64,000 nt of DNA from Candidatus Hydrogenedentota bacterium (GTDB lineage Bacteria > Hydrogenedentota > Hydrogenedentia > Hydrogenedentales > SLHB01). The DNA lies in NCBI GenBank assembly GCA_963674865.2, contig CAXXYE010000004.1, positions 1 to 64,000 of the forward strand, in the 5' to 3' direction. Numbering within the stretch: the first letter of the stretch is position 1; each line of letters starts with the position of its first letter. The position numbers were made by a program, and so were the translations under genes. The notes beneath the pieces were generated by a model, which worked only from the letters and a program-made list of their open reading frames with translations, did not search any database and was not told the origin of the DNA. Shown here piece by piece: positions 10,540-19,549 of this stretch.

Positions 10540-11607
10540 ATGACCATGGAAGAACTGATGCAGGGGGCGCTCGATCAAAACGCGTCGGACATCCACCTCA
10601 AGACCGGTAATCCCCCGATCTATCGCGTGGACGGCCAACTGATCCGTCTTGACGGCGGGCCGCTTAGCGAAGATGACATGATGGATTTGCTGCATTCGAT
10701 CGCTGAGCCGGCCGATGTCGCCAAGTTCAACAAGGTGATGGAACTCGATATCTCTTATATGATGGAGGATGTCGCCCGGTTCCGCGTGAACGTCTGCAAA
10801 GACGATGGGGACACGCGAATCGTGCTGCGGGTCATCCCAATGATCATCAAGCGGATCGATGAACTTGGGCTTCCCGACGTGCTGAAGAAGATCTGCTTGG
10901 GGAACAACGGCCTGATCCTTGTTACGGGCCCGACAGGGAGTGGCAAGTCCACGTCCCTCGCTGCGATGATCGACGAGATCAACGACAAACGCTCCCTTCA
11001 TGTGGTGACGGTCGAGGACCCGCTGGAGTTCGTGCATCGAGACAAGAAGGCGATTGTGACGCAGCGTGAGATCGGCCACGACACCTTGTCTTTTGCCAAC
11101 GCCCTTCGAGGGGCATTGCGCCAGGATCCTGACGTTATTCTGATCGGCGAGATGCGCGACCCGGAAACCGTGCGTACGGCCTTGGCCTCCGCTGAGACAG
11201 GCCACTTGGTGTTTTCGACGCTTCACACGGTTGACGCCGTCGAGACGCTGAACCGTATTCTCGACTTCTTTGAGCCGCACCAGCAGCCGCAAATCCGCAA
11301 GCAGCTCGCAAGTGTGCTCCGTGCGGTGGTCTCACAGCGCATCTTGCCGCTCAAGGAGGGCAAGGGCCGGTGCGTGGCGGCGGAGATCCTCATGGGAACG
11401 CGCGCAGTGCGTGACTTCATCGAACAGGGGAAGAGCTTCAAGGAGATCAACAAGCTTATTGAGGAAGGCCACGATCAGTGGGGGATGCAGACCTTCGATC
11501 AGGCCCTTTTTGATCTCTGGAAGGACAAGGTAATTTCCGAGGAGATCGCGCTCCACTACGCCAGCAGCGCCAAGGACCTCAAGCTTCGTATGCAGGGACT
11601 CCGATAG
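10540..11607 (+). CDS. pilT: PilT/PilU-family type IV pilus retraction ATPase
   Basis: ASDIHL, Walker A GPTGSGKST, TVEDPLEF, LRQDPDVILIGEMRD, TGHLVFSTLHT, GMQTFDQAL. The AIRNLIRE motif is replaced by AVRDFIEQ, so it may be a PilU-like paralogue. Confidence 0.88.
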   Translation: MTMEELMQGALDQNASDIHLKTGNPPIYRVDGQLIRLDGGPLSEDDMMDLLHSIAEPADVAKFNKVMELDISYMMEDVARFRVNVCKDDGDTRIVLRVIPMIIKRIDELGLPDVLKKICLGNNGLILVTGPTGSGKSTSLAAMIDEINDKRSLHVVTVEDPLEFVHRDKKAIVTQREIGHDTLSFANALRGALRQDPDVILIGEMRDPETVRTALASAETGHLVFSTLHTVDAVETLNRILDFFEPHQQPQIRKQLASVLRAVVSQRILPLKEGKGRCVAAEILMGTRAVRDFIEQGKSFKEINKLIEEGHDQWGMQTFDQALFDLWKDKVISEEIALHYASSAKDLKLRMQGLR

Positions 11608-11674
11608 CGCACGGCGCGAACAGCCTGGAGCAGAGCGTCCGAGAAGGTTTCTGCGGACGGGAAGCGGGCGCTCG

Positions 11675-12928
11675 CTATTCCTCGAATTGATGGCCGCAGA
11701 AGCGGCATTTCTTGGCCTTGGATCGGACCTTCTCGGCGCACTCAGGGCACTCTTTCATCTCTTCGCTGTCGTCTTTCGCTATCTCATGCCCTTCGCCGCA
11801 GAAGGATTCGAGTCGACGTCGCTTGTTAAACGAGGCGTGATACGTCCACTCGAAGTAGTGTGGCTCGCCGTCCGGCGTGACTACGAAATGCTTGCACTTT
11901 CCCTCGGGGCGGTCGTATGTGAGGATGGCTAGGTGTTTGTTCAGGTTGTCGTGGTCTTCTTGCGGTATGAAGTTCCGGAGGCTTTGGCCAACAAGTTCCT
12001 CGTCGTCCGCACCGAAATAGGCGGCGAACGCCTCGTTTACTAAGGTGAGGCGATAGCTGGGCAGGAACTCGCAGACAAGTTCAGCCGGTGCTTCCTCTTC
12101 CTTCTCGTCCTTCTTTTCTTTGGCCGGCGCCGCGTCTGGTGTTGCTTCCTTATCGACCTGCGCCTTGGCCCTCGTAATATCGCGCGCGGACCACAGGATC
12201 CCGGCCGTAACGCCGTCCGCATCGACAATGGGACTTCTGTTGACGTGCAGCCAACGCACTCCTTTCACGCCGGTTACCTGTTCTTCATCCGTCTGCATCA
12301 CGCCAGACTTCATGACCTCGCGGTCGGCTTGACGATATGCCTCGGCCTCCTCGTCCGGAAACAGGTCGGCATCTGCCTTGCCCATGATCTCCTCGGGGGG
12401 CTTCCCAAGAAACTGACAGAAGGCTGGATTCATCGCTTGGTAAACGAGGTCGCGATTCTTCAGGGCAAGGAATCCCGGCATGGCCGTGAGAATGGTCTTG
12501 AAGAGAATGCGGAGTTCTTCCAGGTTCCTCTCGGACCAAGAGACCTCTACGGCGTAGCGGACCACCCGGGCCAAGGAATCCGGTGTGATCTGATCCTTCA
12601 TCAGGTAGTCCATCGCGCCTGCGTCGATCGCCTTCTGGGCGATAGAAACCTTCCCTGCCTCGACCAAGGCGATCACCGGCACCGGGATCTGGCCGGCATA
12701 ATCGGCCAGCGCGTCGAGGAAGTCCGTCGGGCTCATGTCCGGCGGTTTGCCATCCAGCAAGATGCAGTCGGGTCTTGCCTCGTTATACCGCTCGATGCCC
12801 TCCTGGCTGGATTCGACGTGAGCAATAGCATAGGCGAAGTCGGGCGCGTCGCTCAGGATGGTTTTGTAGCATTCCCATTCCTCGGCCTCTCCGCCCACGA
12901 TGAGTACGCTGACCTCATCGTCATTCAT
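11675..12928 (-). CDS. Atypical receiver - PAS - PAS - C-terminal zinc-ribbon protein
   Basis: N-terminal REC fold (PDCILLD, AGAMDYLMK), PAS/PAC ending ARDIT, second PAS (VNEAF), C-terminal CPEC..CRFC. GAGGAG RBS before ATG 12928. Confidence 0.8.
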   Translation of the reverse strand: MNDDEVSVLIVGGEAEEWECYKTILSDAPDFAYAIAHVESSQEGIERYNEARPDCILLDGKPPDMSPTDFLDALADYAGQIPVPVIALVEAGKVSIAQKAIDAGAMDYLMKDQITPDSLARVVRYAVEVSWSERNLEELRILFKTILTAMPGFLALKNRDLVYQAMNPAFCQFLGKPPEEIMGKADADLFPDEEAEAYRQADREVMKSGVMQTDEEQVTGVKGVRWLHVNRSPIVDADGVTAGILWSARDITRAKAQVDKEATPDAAPAKEKKDEKEEEAPAELVCEFLPSYRLTLVNEAFAAYFGADDEELVGQSLRNFIPQEDHDNLNKHLAILTYDRPEGKCKHFVVTPDGEPHYFEWTYHASFNKRRRLESFCGEGHEIAKDDSEEMKECPECAEKVRSKAKKCRFCGHQFEE

Positions 12929-13093
12929 GCAGTTCTTCTCCTCTCGGCTTATCCCATCGCCGTACCGGCGCGGCACAATAGGCGCTCCTACGAGACAGGA
13001 TACCTCTCGTATGCTCGACTAAGTGATACACGGAATGAGGCACAAATGGCAAATGAACGGGAGTGCGGGAGGCGCTCGTCGCCTTTCGCGATG

Positions 13094-16000
13094 TCAGTTC
13101 CGGTTGGCGTCGCGGAGGCGTTGACTGAGGGCCGTGACGATGTTCATCAGCAATCGGACGACCGTTTCACGCTGCAGCGTGCGCTCGAAGACATCTTCGT
13201 TTACGACGAGGAGGCTTGTCGGCTCCATGATGACTGCGGTCGCGCTGCGCGGCTCTCCGCTAACCCATGCCATTTCGCCGAACATCTCACCGGTTGAGAG
13301 CATGGCGATCTTCTGCTCACCGTCGCAGATTAGCACCCTGCCGCCCAGGATGACGTACAGATCCTTGCTTTCCGAGCCTTTCTCGAAAACGATGTCGCCC
13401 TTTTCGAGTTCCTTCGTGGCGCCCGCGGCAAAAATCCGCGCGACGTCCTCTGAACTGAGTCCTTTGAAAAGCCGCATGCGTCGGGCCAGAATGCCGTAAG
13501 TGTCGCGCATGCTGTCGCGCATGACGTCGATCATCTCCTGCATCATTCCTGAGGCGGCTTCCATGACGGAGCCTGCACGTGCGGGGCGTCGCCTCCGGGC
13601 TCTTACAGCCACGGTTGTTTCTTCCTCCCGCTCCTCCTCTTCCTCGGGCTCTGGCTCCAGCAGGGCGTGGACCGCCGTATCTTCCGCGGCGGCGCGCTCG
13701 GCGTCAGCGGCCAATTGGGCCAGGTCCTCTTCCTTTCTATCCAGCTCGGCCCGGAGGGCGGTCAATCGCTGGGCCGCTTCATCGAGTTCCGCCTGCTTCT
13801 CTTCGAGGGAGGCGGCGAGCCGCTGACGCTCCTCAGCGGCGGATTTCAGCTCGGATTCGCGCTCCTTCAGTGTCCCGGCGGTCTTCTTGCCTTCCTGAAT
13901 GGCGGCCTCCAGTTCGGCTTGCTTGGTCTTGAGCGCTTCCTCGGCGTGTTCTCGAGCATCGATCAGCGCCTGAAGTCTGGCCTCCTTATCATGCAAGACG
14001 CTCTCGGTGCGCTTGCCCTGTGTAACGGCCTGCGTGAACTCACTCTCCTTCGAGCGCAGCACCTCTTCGGCGCGCTTACGTGCGCTCGCCGCAGCCTCGA
14101 GTTCGGCGTCCTTCTGTTCGAGCAACGCCGCCGTACGCTTGCCTTCGGCCATGGCCGCTTGTAGTTCGGCCTCTTTGGCCTTCAGGGCCTCCTCGGAACG
14201 GGCACGCTCGTCAACGGCCAACTGCAGTTCGAGTTCGCGCTTCTTGAGGGCCTCGGACTTCTGATCTGCGTCAGCCTTGATGGCTTCGAGTTCAGCTTGG
14301 CGTTTGGCAAGGATCTGGGCGGCCTCCGCGCCTTCCGCACTGATGGACTCCAGTTGGGATTCGCTTTCCTTGAGCAGGTCCGCGGCCCGCGACTGCTCGG
14401 CCACCAGTTTGTCGAGTTCGGCCTCTTTCTTCTGGAGGGCATCCGCAAGCCTCTGGCGCTCGGCGGCCAAGGCCCCCGACTCCGCTTCCTTTTTCTTCAG
14501 GGCGGCCAAGCTCTGCTGGATCTTTTCCTCGGCAGCCTTTAGCTGGGCCGTGTGCGCCTCGAGCGCCTTGTTGACGCGCGCGTTCTCGTCCTTGGCGGCG
14601 CGAAGCTCCGTCTCTTGCGTCTTCAATGTGTCCGCAAGCCGGCTTGCTTCACCCTTGAGGGCCTTAAGTTCGCCTTCCTTCTTCTGTATCGCCTCTGCGA
14701 GTCGATCCCGGTCGCTCGTGATAGCCTCAAGTTGGGCGGCGGTCTTTTCCAGGGCGGCCGCGGCGCGTTTACCTTCTGCGCTCGCAGCCCTTTTCTCGGC
14801 CTCGCGGCGTTCCAGTTCACGCTCGGCTTCGCCACTTTCGGCAAGCAGGGCCTCGAGTTCGGCTTGCTTGGCGCGGAGCGCCTCATTCGCCTCCTGGTGT
14901 TCCTCAATTGTTGCCTGTAGCTCGGCTTCCTTCTTCTGAAGGGCTGTAAAGGCCTGCTGCCCCTCGGACTGCGCTTGCTCGAAGTCAACCTGCTTGGCTT
15001 TGAGCGCAGCTTCGAGTTCCTGGCGTTCGGCCCGCACCTGTGCCAGCTCGGATTCTTTCTGCTTCAATGCTTCGGAGGTTGTGCCCGCCGTCGCTGCTGC
15101 GGCCTGCTGTTCGGCCTGTGTTTGCCGCAGCGCCTCCTCCGACTGCTTGCGGGCTTCGGCGGCCGAATTCAATTCTGCCGTCAGCCGCTTAAGCTCCTCT
15201 TCCGTTTTCGCGCGCTCGGCCGTGACTTGCTTGAGTTCGGTTTCGCGAGCCCGGCATGCATCTTCTGCGTTCTTACGCTCCGAGGCAATGGCGTCGAGCT
15301 GCTCTTTGCCCTTGGCTAAGGCCTCTTCAGCGTGCTTCAGTTGGGCGGAGGTAGTTCGCAGTTCGGTCTCGGCTTTGCGCAATGCCTCGCTTTGCTCGGC
15401 ATGCTCGGCAGAAAGCCGTTCGAGCGCCCGCTCCGTCTTGGCCAGAGACTCAGCGGCGCGTGTCTTCTCTTTGGTGGCATCTTCGAGTTCGGCTTCCCGA
15501 GCGCGAAGCTCTTCTTCCACGCGCCGGCGTTCCTCGAAGGCAAGGGCGGCTTCGGCCTCGGCCTTCTTCAGGGCTTCTCCCGCATGAGCGGCCTCATCCG
15601 CCGCAGCCTTTAGTTCCACTTGTTGCCGGCCGTATGCCTCGCCGGCAGCCTTCTTGTCCGCCTGGGCTTTTTCCAGGTCGCCTTCCCGTTCCTTCAGCGC
15701 CTCGGCGAGCCGTGCCACCTCTTCGGACGCTGCCTGGAGTTCGACCTCTTTCTGTTGCAGGGCCTCGCCGTTCTGTTTGCTCTCCAATAGGGCGGCGTCA
15801 AGTTCCTCTTGCCGGTTCCTGAGCGCCTCCTCGGCCTGTTTGTGTTCCTTGGCCAGCGCCGTCAACTGGGCTTCCCGTGTTGCCAGCGCCTCGGATGTCT
15901 GATCGCGCTGCGCCAATGCCGCCTCAAGCTCCGCCTGCTTCTGCTGCAGTAGTCCAGCCGCAGCCGCTTCCTCCGCGGGGGCGCGAGGCCCCGGCGGGGC

Positions 16001-16759
16001 TTCCGCTTCGGCAAGAGGCTTCTCGATTACGACCTCCGCCGTCAGGTCGGGCGGTTCCACTTCCTCGATCTCAGCGGCCGTATCCGCCGCTTGCGCCTTC
16101 TTCTCTGCAGAGGGCAGAAGGCCAAAGTCCGCCGCGGACATTTCGACCGCGTCTTCTCCCTCCTCTTGTCCCGTCCCGAAAAGCCGCTTGGATACTCGCT
16201 CGAAGTGATCCCAAGCGCACAGAATGGGCTTGATACGTAGCTCGGGACACGCCGCACGAACTGTCTCCAGGGCCTCGGTGTCCAGAGGATTGACCATGGC
16301 CACCGTCAGGTTCTTGCCAAGCTTGTCAATGGGGAGCAGGCGGTACTTCAGGCATATCTCCCGAGGTATGAGCTTGAGCTGCTCTTCGTCGATGAGGGAA
16401 TCGAGCAGGGGAAGGTGGGGGATCTTGCAGTGCTTGACGAGAAAGGAAGTCAGTGCATTGCCGTCGAAGCAGCCGAGATCGATGAGAATCTGTCCCAGGA
16501 ATGCACCGGTTTCCTGCTGTTTGGCGAGGGCTTCTTGGAGCTGCTCTTGGGTGATGGCGCCCTCTTCGACAAGCGTACTTCCCAGCGCTTCAGGACTTCC
16601 CGTGGGGCCCGGCACTGAGGCCGGTGCTACCGCCGTCGGCTGTTCAGGGGCGGGGGCTTTCGCCTGCGCGTCCGATTTGGGACTTTCCGCGGCGCCGGTT
16701 TTCGCCGCCGCTGCCGGTTTGGTTGTTTTCTCGCCTTTGTCTTTGCGTCTACCCAGCAC
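13094..16759 (-). CDS. MshEN/T2SSE_N domain - long coiled coil - cyclic-nucleotide-binding domain protein
   Basis: LGSTLVEEGAITQEQLQEALAKQ / FLGQILIDLG and VAMVNPLD (GspE/PilB N-domain); ~735-aa heptad region; C-terminal FGEMA...PRSATA. Start set at GTG 16759 (GGAG upstream; an extended -10 lies inside the longer ORF). Confidence 0.82.
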   Translation of the reverse strand: MLGRRKDKGEKTTKPAAAAKTGAAESPKSDAQAKAPAPEQPTAVAPASVPGPTGSPEALGSTLVEEGAITQEQLQEALAKQQETGAFLGQILIDLGCFDGNALTSFLVKHCKIPHLPLLDSLIDEEQLKLIPREICLKYRLLPIDKLGKNLTVAMVNPLDTEALETVRAACPELRIKPILCAWDHFERVSKRLFGTGQEEGEDAVEMSAADFGLLPSAEKKAQAADTAAEIEEVEPPDLTAEVVIEKPLAEAEAPPGPRAPAEEAAAAGLLQQKQAELEAALAQRDQTSEALATREAQLTALAKEHKQAEEALRNRQEELDAALLESKQNGEALQQKEVELQAASEEVARLAEALKEREGDLEKAQADKKAAGEAYGRQQVELKAAADEAAHAGEALKKAEAEAALAFEERRRVEEELRAREAELEDATKEKTRAAESLAKTERALERLSAEHAEQSEALRKAETELRTTSAQLKHAEEALAKGKEQLDAIASERKNAEDACRARETELKQVTAERAKTEEELKRLTAELNSAAEARKQSEEALRQTQAEQQAAAATAGTTSEALKQKESELAQVRAERQELEAALKAKQVDFEQAQSEGQQAFTALQKKEAELQATIEEHQEANEALRAKQAELEALLAESGEAERELERREAEKRAASAEGKRAAAALEKTAAQLEAITSDRDRLAEAIQKKEGELKALKGEASRLADTLKTQETELRAAKDENARVNKALEAHTAQLKAAEEKIQQSLAALKKKEAESGALAAERQRLADALQKKEAELDKLVAEQSRAADLLKESESQLESISAEGAEAAQILAKRQAELEAIKADADQKSEALKKRELELQLAVDERARSEEALKAKEAELQAAMAEGKRTAALLEQKDAELEAAASARKRAEEVLRSKESEFTQAVTQGKRTESVLHDKEARLQALIDAREHAEEALKTKQAELEAAIQEGKKTAGTLKERESELKSAAEERQRLAASLEEKQAELDEAAQRLTALRAELDRKEEDLAQLAADAERAAAEDTAVHALLEPEPEEEEEREEETTVAVRARRRRPARAGSVMEAASGMMQEMIDVMRDSMRDTYGILARRMRLFKGLSSEDVARIFAAGATKELEKGDIVFEKGSESKDLYVILGGRVLICDGEQKIAMLSTGEMFGEMAWVSGEPRSATAVIMEPTSLLVVNEDVFERTLQRETVVRLLMNIVTALSQRLRDANRN
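13751..15955 (-). repeat. 35 tandem 21-aa (63-bp) coiled-coil repeats inside the MshEN-cNMP protein
   Basis: Manual alignment gives uninterrupted 21-residue units of consensus EAL+xKEAELxAxxxExxxxx, from GLLQQKQAEL to LTALR. Confidence 0.85.
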
Positions 16760-16829
16760 GGTGTCGGAGTCTCCAACCGGCCCGATTGAGGCCTGCTCAA
16801 ACAACTTAGGGACCTGCCCACCACGGGTT

Positions 16830-16838
16830 ATTCTATCA
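16830..16838 (-). promoter_or_regulatory. Extended -10 promoter (TGaTAGAAT) for the MshEN-cNMP gene
   Basis: Minus strand reads TGATAGAAT about 70 bp before GTG 16759. Confidence 0.45.
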
Positions 16839-17099
16839 CCGAGTGGGCCTGTCATCAAGGTACAGCCGCCTACGGAGGCTTGCTAACTCGTGTGGTTCGA
16901 GTGGGTTTGGGGGAAGGCGTCGTGCAATGTGTTCCCCTTGTTGTATGCCGCTGCGCGAGCGCCTTCTCCAGGAAAGGGCGTTCAATGAGGTGGGGGGAGC
17001 GCCGCTCTACACTTGCATGATCCCCTGTGTAAGCGGCATCATCGACGGTACAAAACCCATCTTCCGCCGCCGGCCGAGTAGTCCGAACAAGGAGGAACG

Positions 17100-18590
17100 A
17101 TGTTGAGAACGCCCCGCAATGTGACACAATTCATCCTGCCCCGCCTCAGGTACGCCGGTATTCTGGTACTTATTGTGGGCCTATGGGTGCAGGCCGGATT
17201 CGCGGCCGAGACTCCTACGAGATCTGAGGCGGCCGCGGCGCTCGATAAGGCCGTCGCCTTCTTCCGTAGCCAGGTTGCTACGGAAGGCGGCTACCTCTGG
17301 CGCTACAGCGCCGACCTGGCGCGGCGCGAGGGAGAGGGAAGGGCCAACGATGTGACGGCGTGGGTGCAGCCTCCGGGGACGCCGAGCGTGGGAGAAGCCT
17401 ATCTCTACGCGTATCAACGGACGGGAAGTGAGCCGTGCATGGAGGCGGCTTTGGCCGCCGCCTACGCGCTTGTTTTCGGGCAGTTGACGTCCGGCGGATG
17501 GGATTACCGGATCTGTTTCGACCCCTCGGAGCGGGCCGACTACGCCTATCGCATTGCTCCGGCAGGCGAAGGTGGGCAGAACGTCACCACGCTGGATGAT
17601 GACGTGACGCAGTCGGCTGTGCGCTTTCTTGTCCGAATGGACAAGCAAGTGGGCGGCGGCAGCACGCTTATTCACGACGCCGTCGCCTATGCCTTGGAGA
17701 GCCTGCTTAAGGCTCAGTATCCGAATGGCGCATGGCCTCAGCGATACTCAGGGCCTCCGAATCCTGACGATTTCCCAGTCAGAGCGGCAAGCTATCCGGA
17801 ATCGTGGCCTCGCTCCCGTCCCAAGAAGGATTACCGTTCGTACTACACGTTCAATGACAATACTATCGCCGACGTGATTGTCACGATGCTGGACGCGGCC
17901 GACGCCTATGACGACGAGCGATACCGTGCCGCCGCCAAGAAGGCGGGGGACTTCATCCTGTTGGCGCAGATGCCCGACCCGCAGCCGGCCTGGGCGCAGC
18001 AATACGACGCGGATATGCATCCCGCCTGGGCGCGGAAGTTCGAGCCTCCGTCCATCACGGGACTCGAGTCTCAGGGCGTGATGCGCACGCTCTTGACCCT
18101 CGCTCGGCGGACGGGAAACGCCGAGTATCTCAAGCCCATTCCTAAGGCCATCAGCTATTTGAGATCATCCCGCCTTCCTGACGGCCGGTTAGCGAGGTTC
18201 TACGAACTCAAGAGCAACACGCCTCTGTACTTCACAAAGGACTATAAGCTCACCTACAGCGATGACGACATGCCCACCCACTACGGATTCAAGGCATCCT
18301 GCGGACTCGACGCCATCGAGGCCGAATACGATGAGATGGCCTCCAAACCGTCCATCGAGGTCGAGAAGCCGCGTCCGAGGTCCGTGCGGCTTACCACCGA
18401 ACTCGTCGAACGCGCCGGGGAGGTCATTCGGGCGATGGACGAGCGCGGAGCTTGGGTGGAGAAGAGCCGCCTGCGTTACCACGGTGATGATGACCCGACC
18501 ACGGAAATCATCGATTGCCGCACGTTCAGCGCCAATCTTCGCATCCTCGCCGACTACATTGCCGCCTGCGGTGCCGAGTCACAACGCTGA
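17100..18590 (+). CDS. Secreted pectate lyase, PL10/PelA-like
   Basis: Signal-peptide-like N-terminus; TTLDDDVTQ, AQYPNGAWPQRY, TFNDN, WAQQY, PAWARKFEP, ARFYEL motifs; AAGGAGG RBS. Confidence 0.8.
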   Translation: MLRTPRNVTQFILPRLRYAGILVLIVGLWVQAGFAAETPTRSEAAAALDKAVAFFRSQVATEGGYLWRYSADLARREGEGRANDVTAWVQPPGTPSVGEAYLYAYQRTGSEPCMEAALAAAYALVFGQLTSGGWDYRICFDPSERADYAYRIAPAGEGGQNVTTLDDDVTQSAVRFLVRMDKQVGGGSTLIHDAVAYALESLLKAQYPNGAWPQRYSGPPNPDDFPVRAASYPESWPRSRPKKDYRSYYTFNDNTIADVIVTMLDAADAYDDERYRAAAKKAGDFILLAQMPDPQPAWAQQYDADMHPAWARKFEPPSITGLESQGVMRTLLTLARRTGNAEYLKPIPKAISYLRSSRLPDGRLARFYELKSNTPLYFTKDYKLTYSDDDMPTHYGFKASCGLDAIEAEYDEMASKPSIEVEKPRPRSVRLTTELVERAGEVIRAMDERGAWVEKSRLRYHGDDDPTTEIIDCRTFSANLRILADYIAACGAESQR

Positions 18591-18613
18591 TCGGCCCTAG
18601 ACGGCGTGGGCGA

Positions 18614-19549
18614 TTACTGCGCGGGGCAAGCCAGGTTCAGAGCGCGGGGGAGCAGGTCGATGGTGACAGGTGTCTGGCCGGGCTGTTCGCCTTCGAGGTT
18701 GAGGAGCACGGGCTCGTCGGATTCGGCGTGGATTCGCTCCGTGCGGATGTAGCGCACGATGTCGGTGCGATCCTTCAGTGTGCCCTTGTACAGCCGATGC
18801 ATGTTCGCGATGCCCTGAAGGCGACTTACGTCGCCGATGATATACACCTCGAAGACGCCGCTATCGAGCTTGGCTTGCGGCGCCACGTGCATGCCGCCGC
18901 CGTCGTACCGGCCGTTCGCGATGATGATGTCCTGACAAGGCTGCTCCAGCGTCGCATCGCCGATATCTAGGCGCATATTCTTGGAGCGGTGCGTCAAGAA
19001 AACCGATACCACCCCCCAGAGGAAGGACGCGAATCCGCCGAAGGCCTTGGTTGTCCGGTTGACTCGGTTGGCGACCTCACCCCCCATGCCGATATGGGCG
19101 CAGTTGAGGAAGTACTCGCTCTTCTCACCGCCGCCGGGCAGCGCGAATCGAGCGCGGCCCACGTCGGCGGCGAGGGCGTGATCCTGGCCGAGGACCTCCA
19201 GCGCCCCGGCACCCATGGTGATGCCGAGCGTACGGGCGAGATCTGAGCCGGTTCCCTGGGGAAGGATGGCCATGTGGGCGTCCGGGTTGACGGGTTTGTC
19301 GCCCTCGAAGAAGCCGTTGACTACCTCGTGATGCGTCCCGTCTCCGCCTACGCTCACGATGCGCTCATGTCCCTCGCGTAGGGCGTTGCGAGTCAACTCT
19401 TCGGCGTGTCCCGGGCCCTCGGTGATAAGCGGCGTGAACTCCTGGAGCGCTTGCCTGACTTGGCTCTCGATTCTCGGCCACTGCTTCCCGGTACGCCCGT
19501 TAGCGGCCCGGGGATTCACGATGACGGCGGCCCTACGCTGATTCTTCAT
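18614..19549 (-). CDS. Diacylglycerol kinase family lipid kinase (YegS/DgkB-like), paralogue 2
   Basis: NPRAANG, VGGDGTHHEVVNG, PQGTGSDLAR, ANGRYDGGGM, EGE. Confidence 0.88.
   Translation of the reverse strand: MKNQRRAAVIVNPRAANGRTGKQWPRIESQVRQALQEFTPLITEGPGHAEELTRNALREGHERIVSVGGDGTHHEVVNGFFEGDKPVNPDAHMAILPQGTGSDLARTLGITMGAGALEVLGQDHALAADVGRARFALPGGGEKSEYFLNCAHIGMGGEVANRVNRTTKAFGGFASFLWGVVSVFLTHRSKNMRLDIGDATLEQPCQDIIIANGRYDGGGMHVAPQAKLDSGVFEVYIIGDVSRLQGIANMHRLYKGTLKDRTDIVRYIRTERIHAESDEPVLLNLEGEQPGQTPVTIDLLPRALNLACPAQ

Noticed and set aside
13751..15955. SMC or phage tape-measure identity for the long coiled coil
   Set aside because: No Walker motifs or hinge and no phage context; the terminal domains are T2SSE_N and cNMP-binding.
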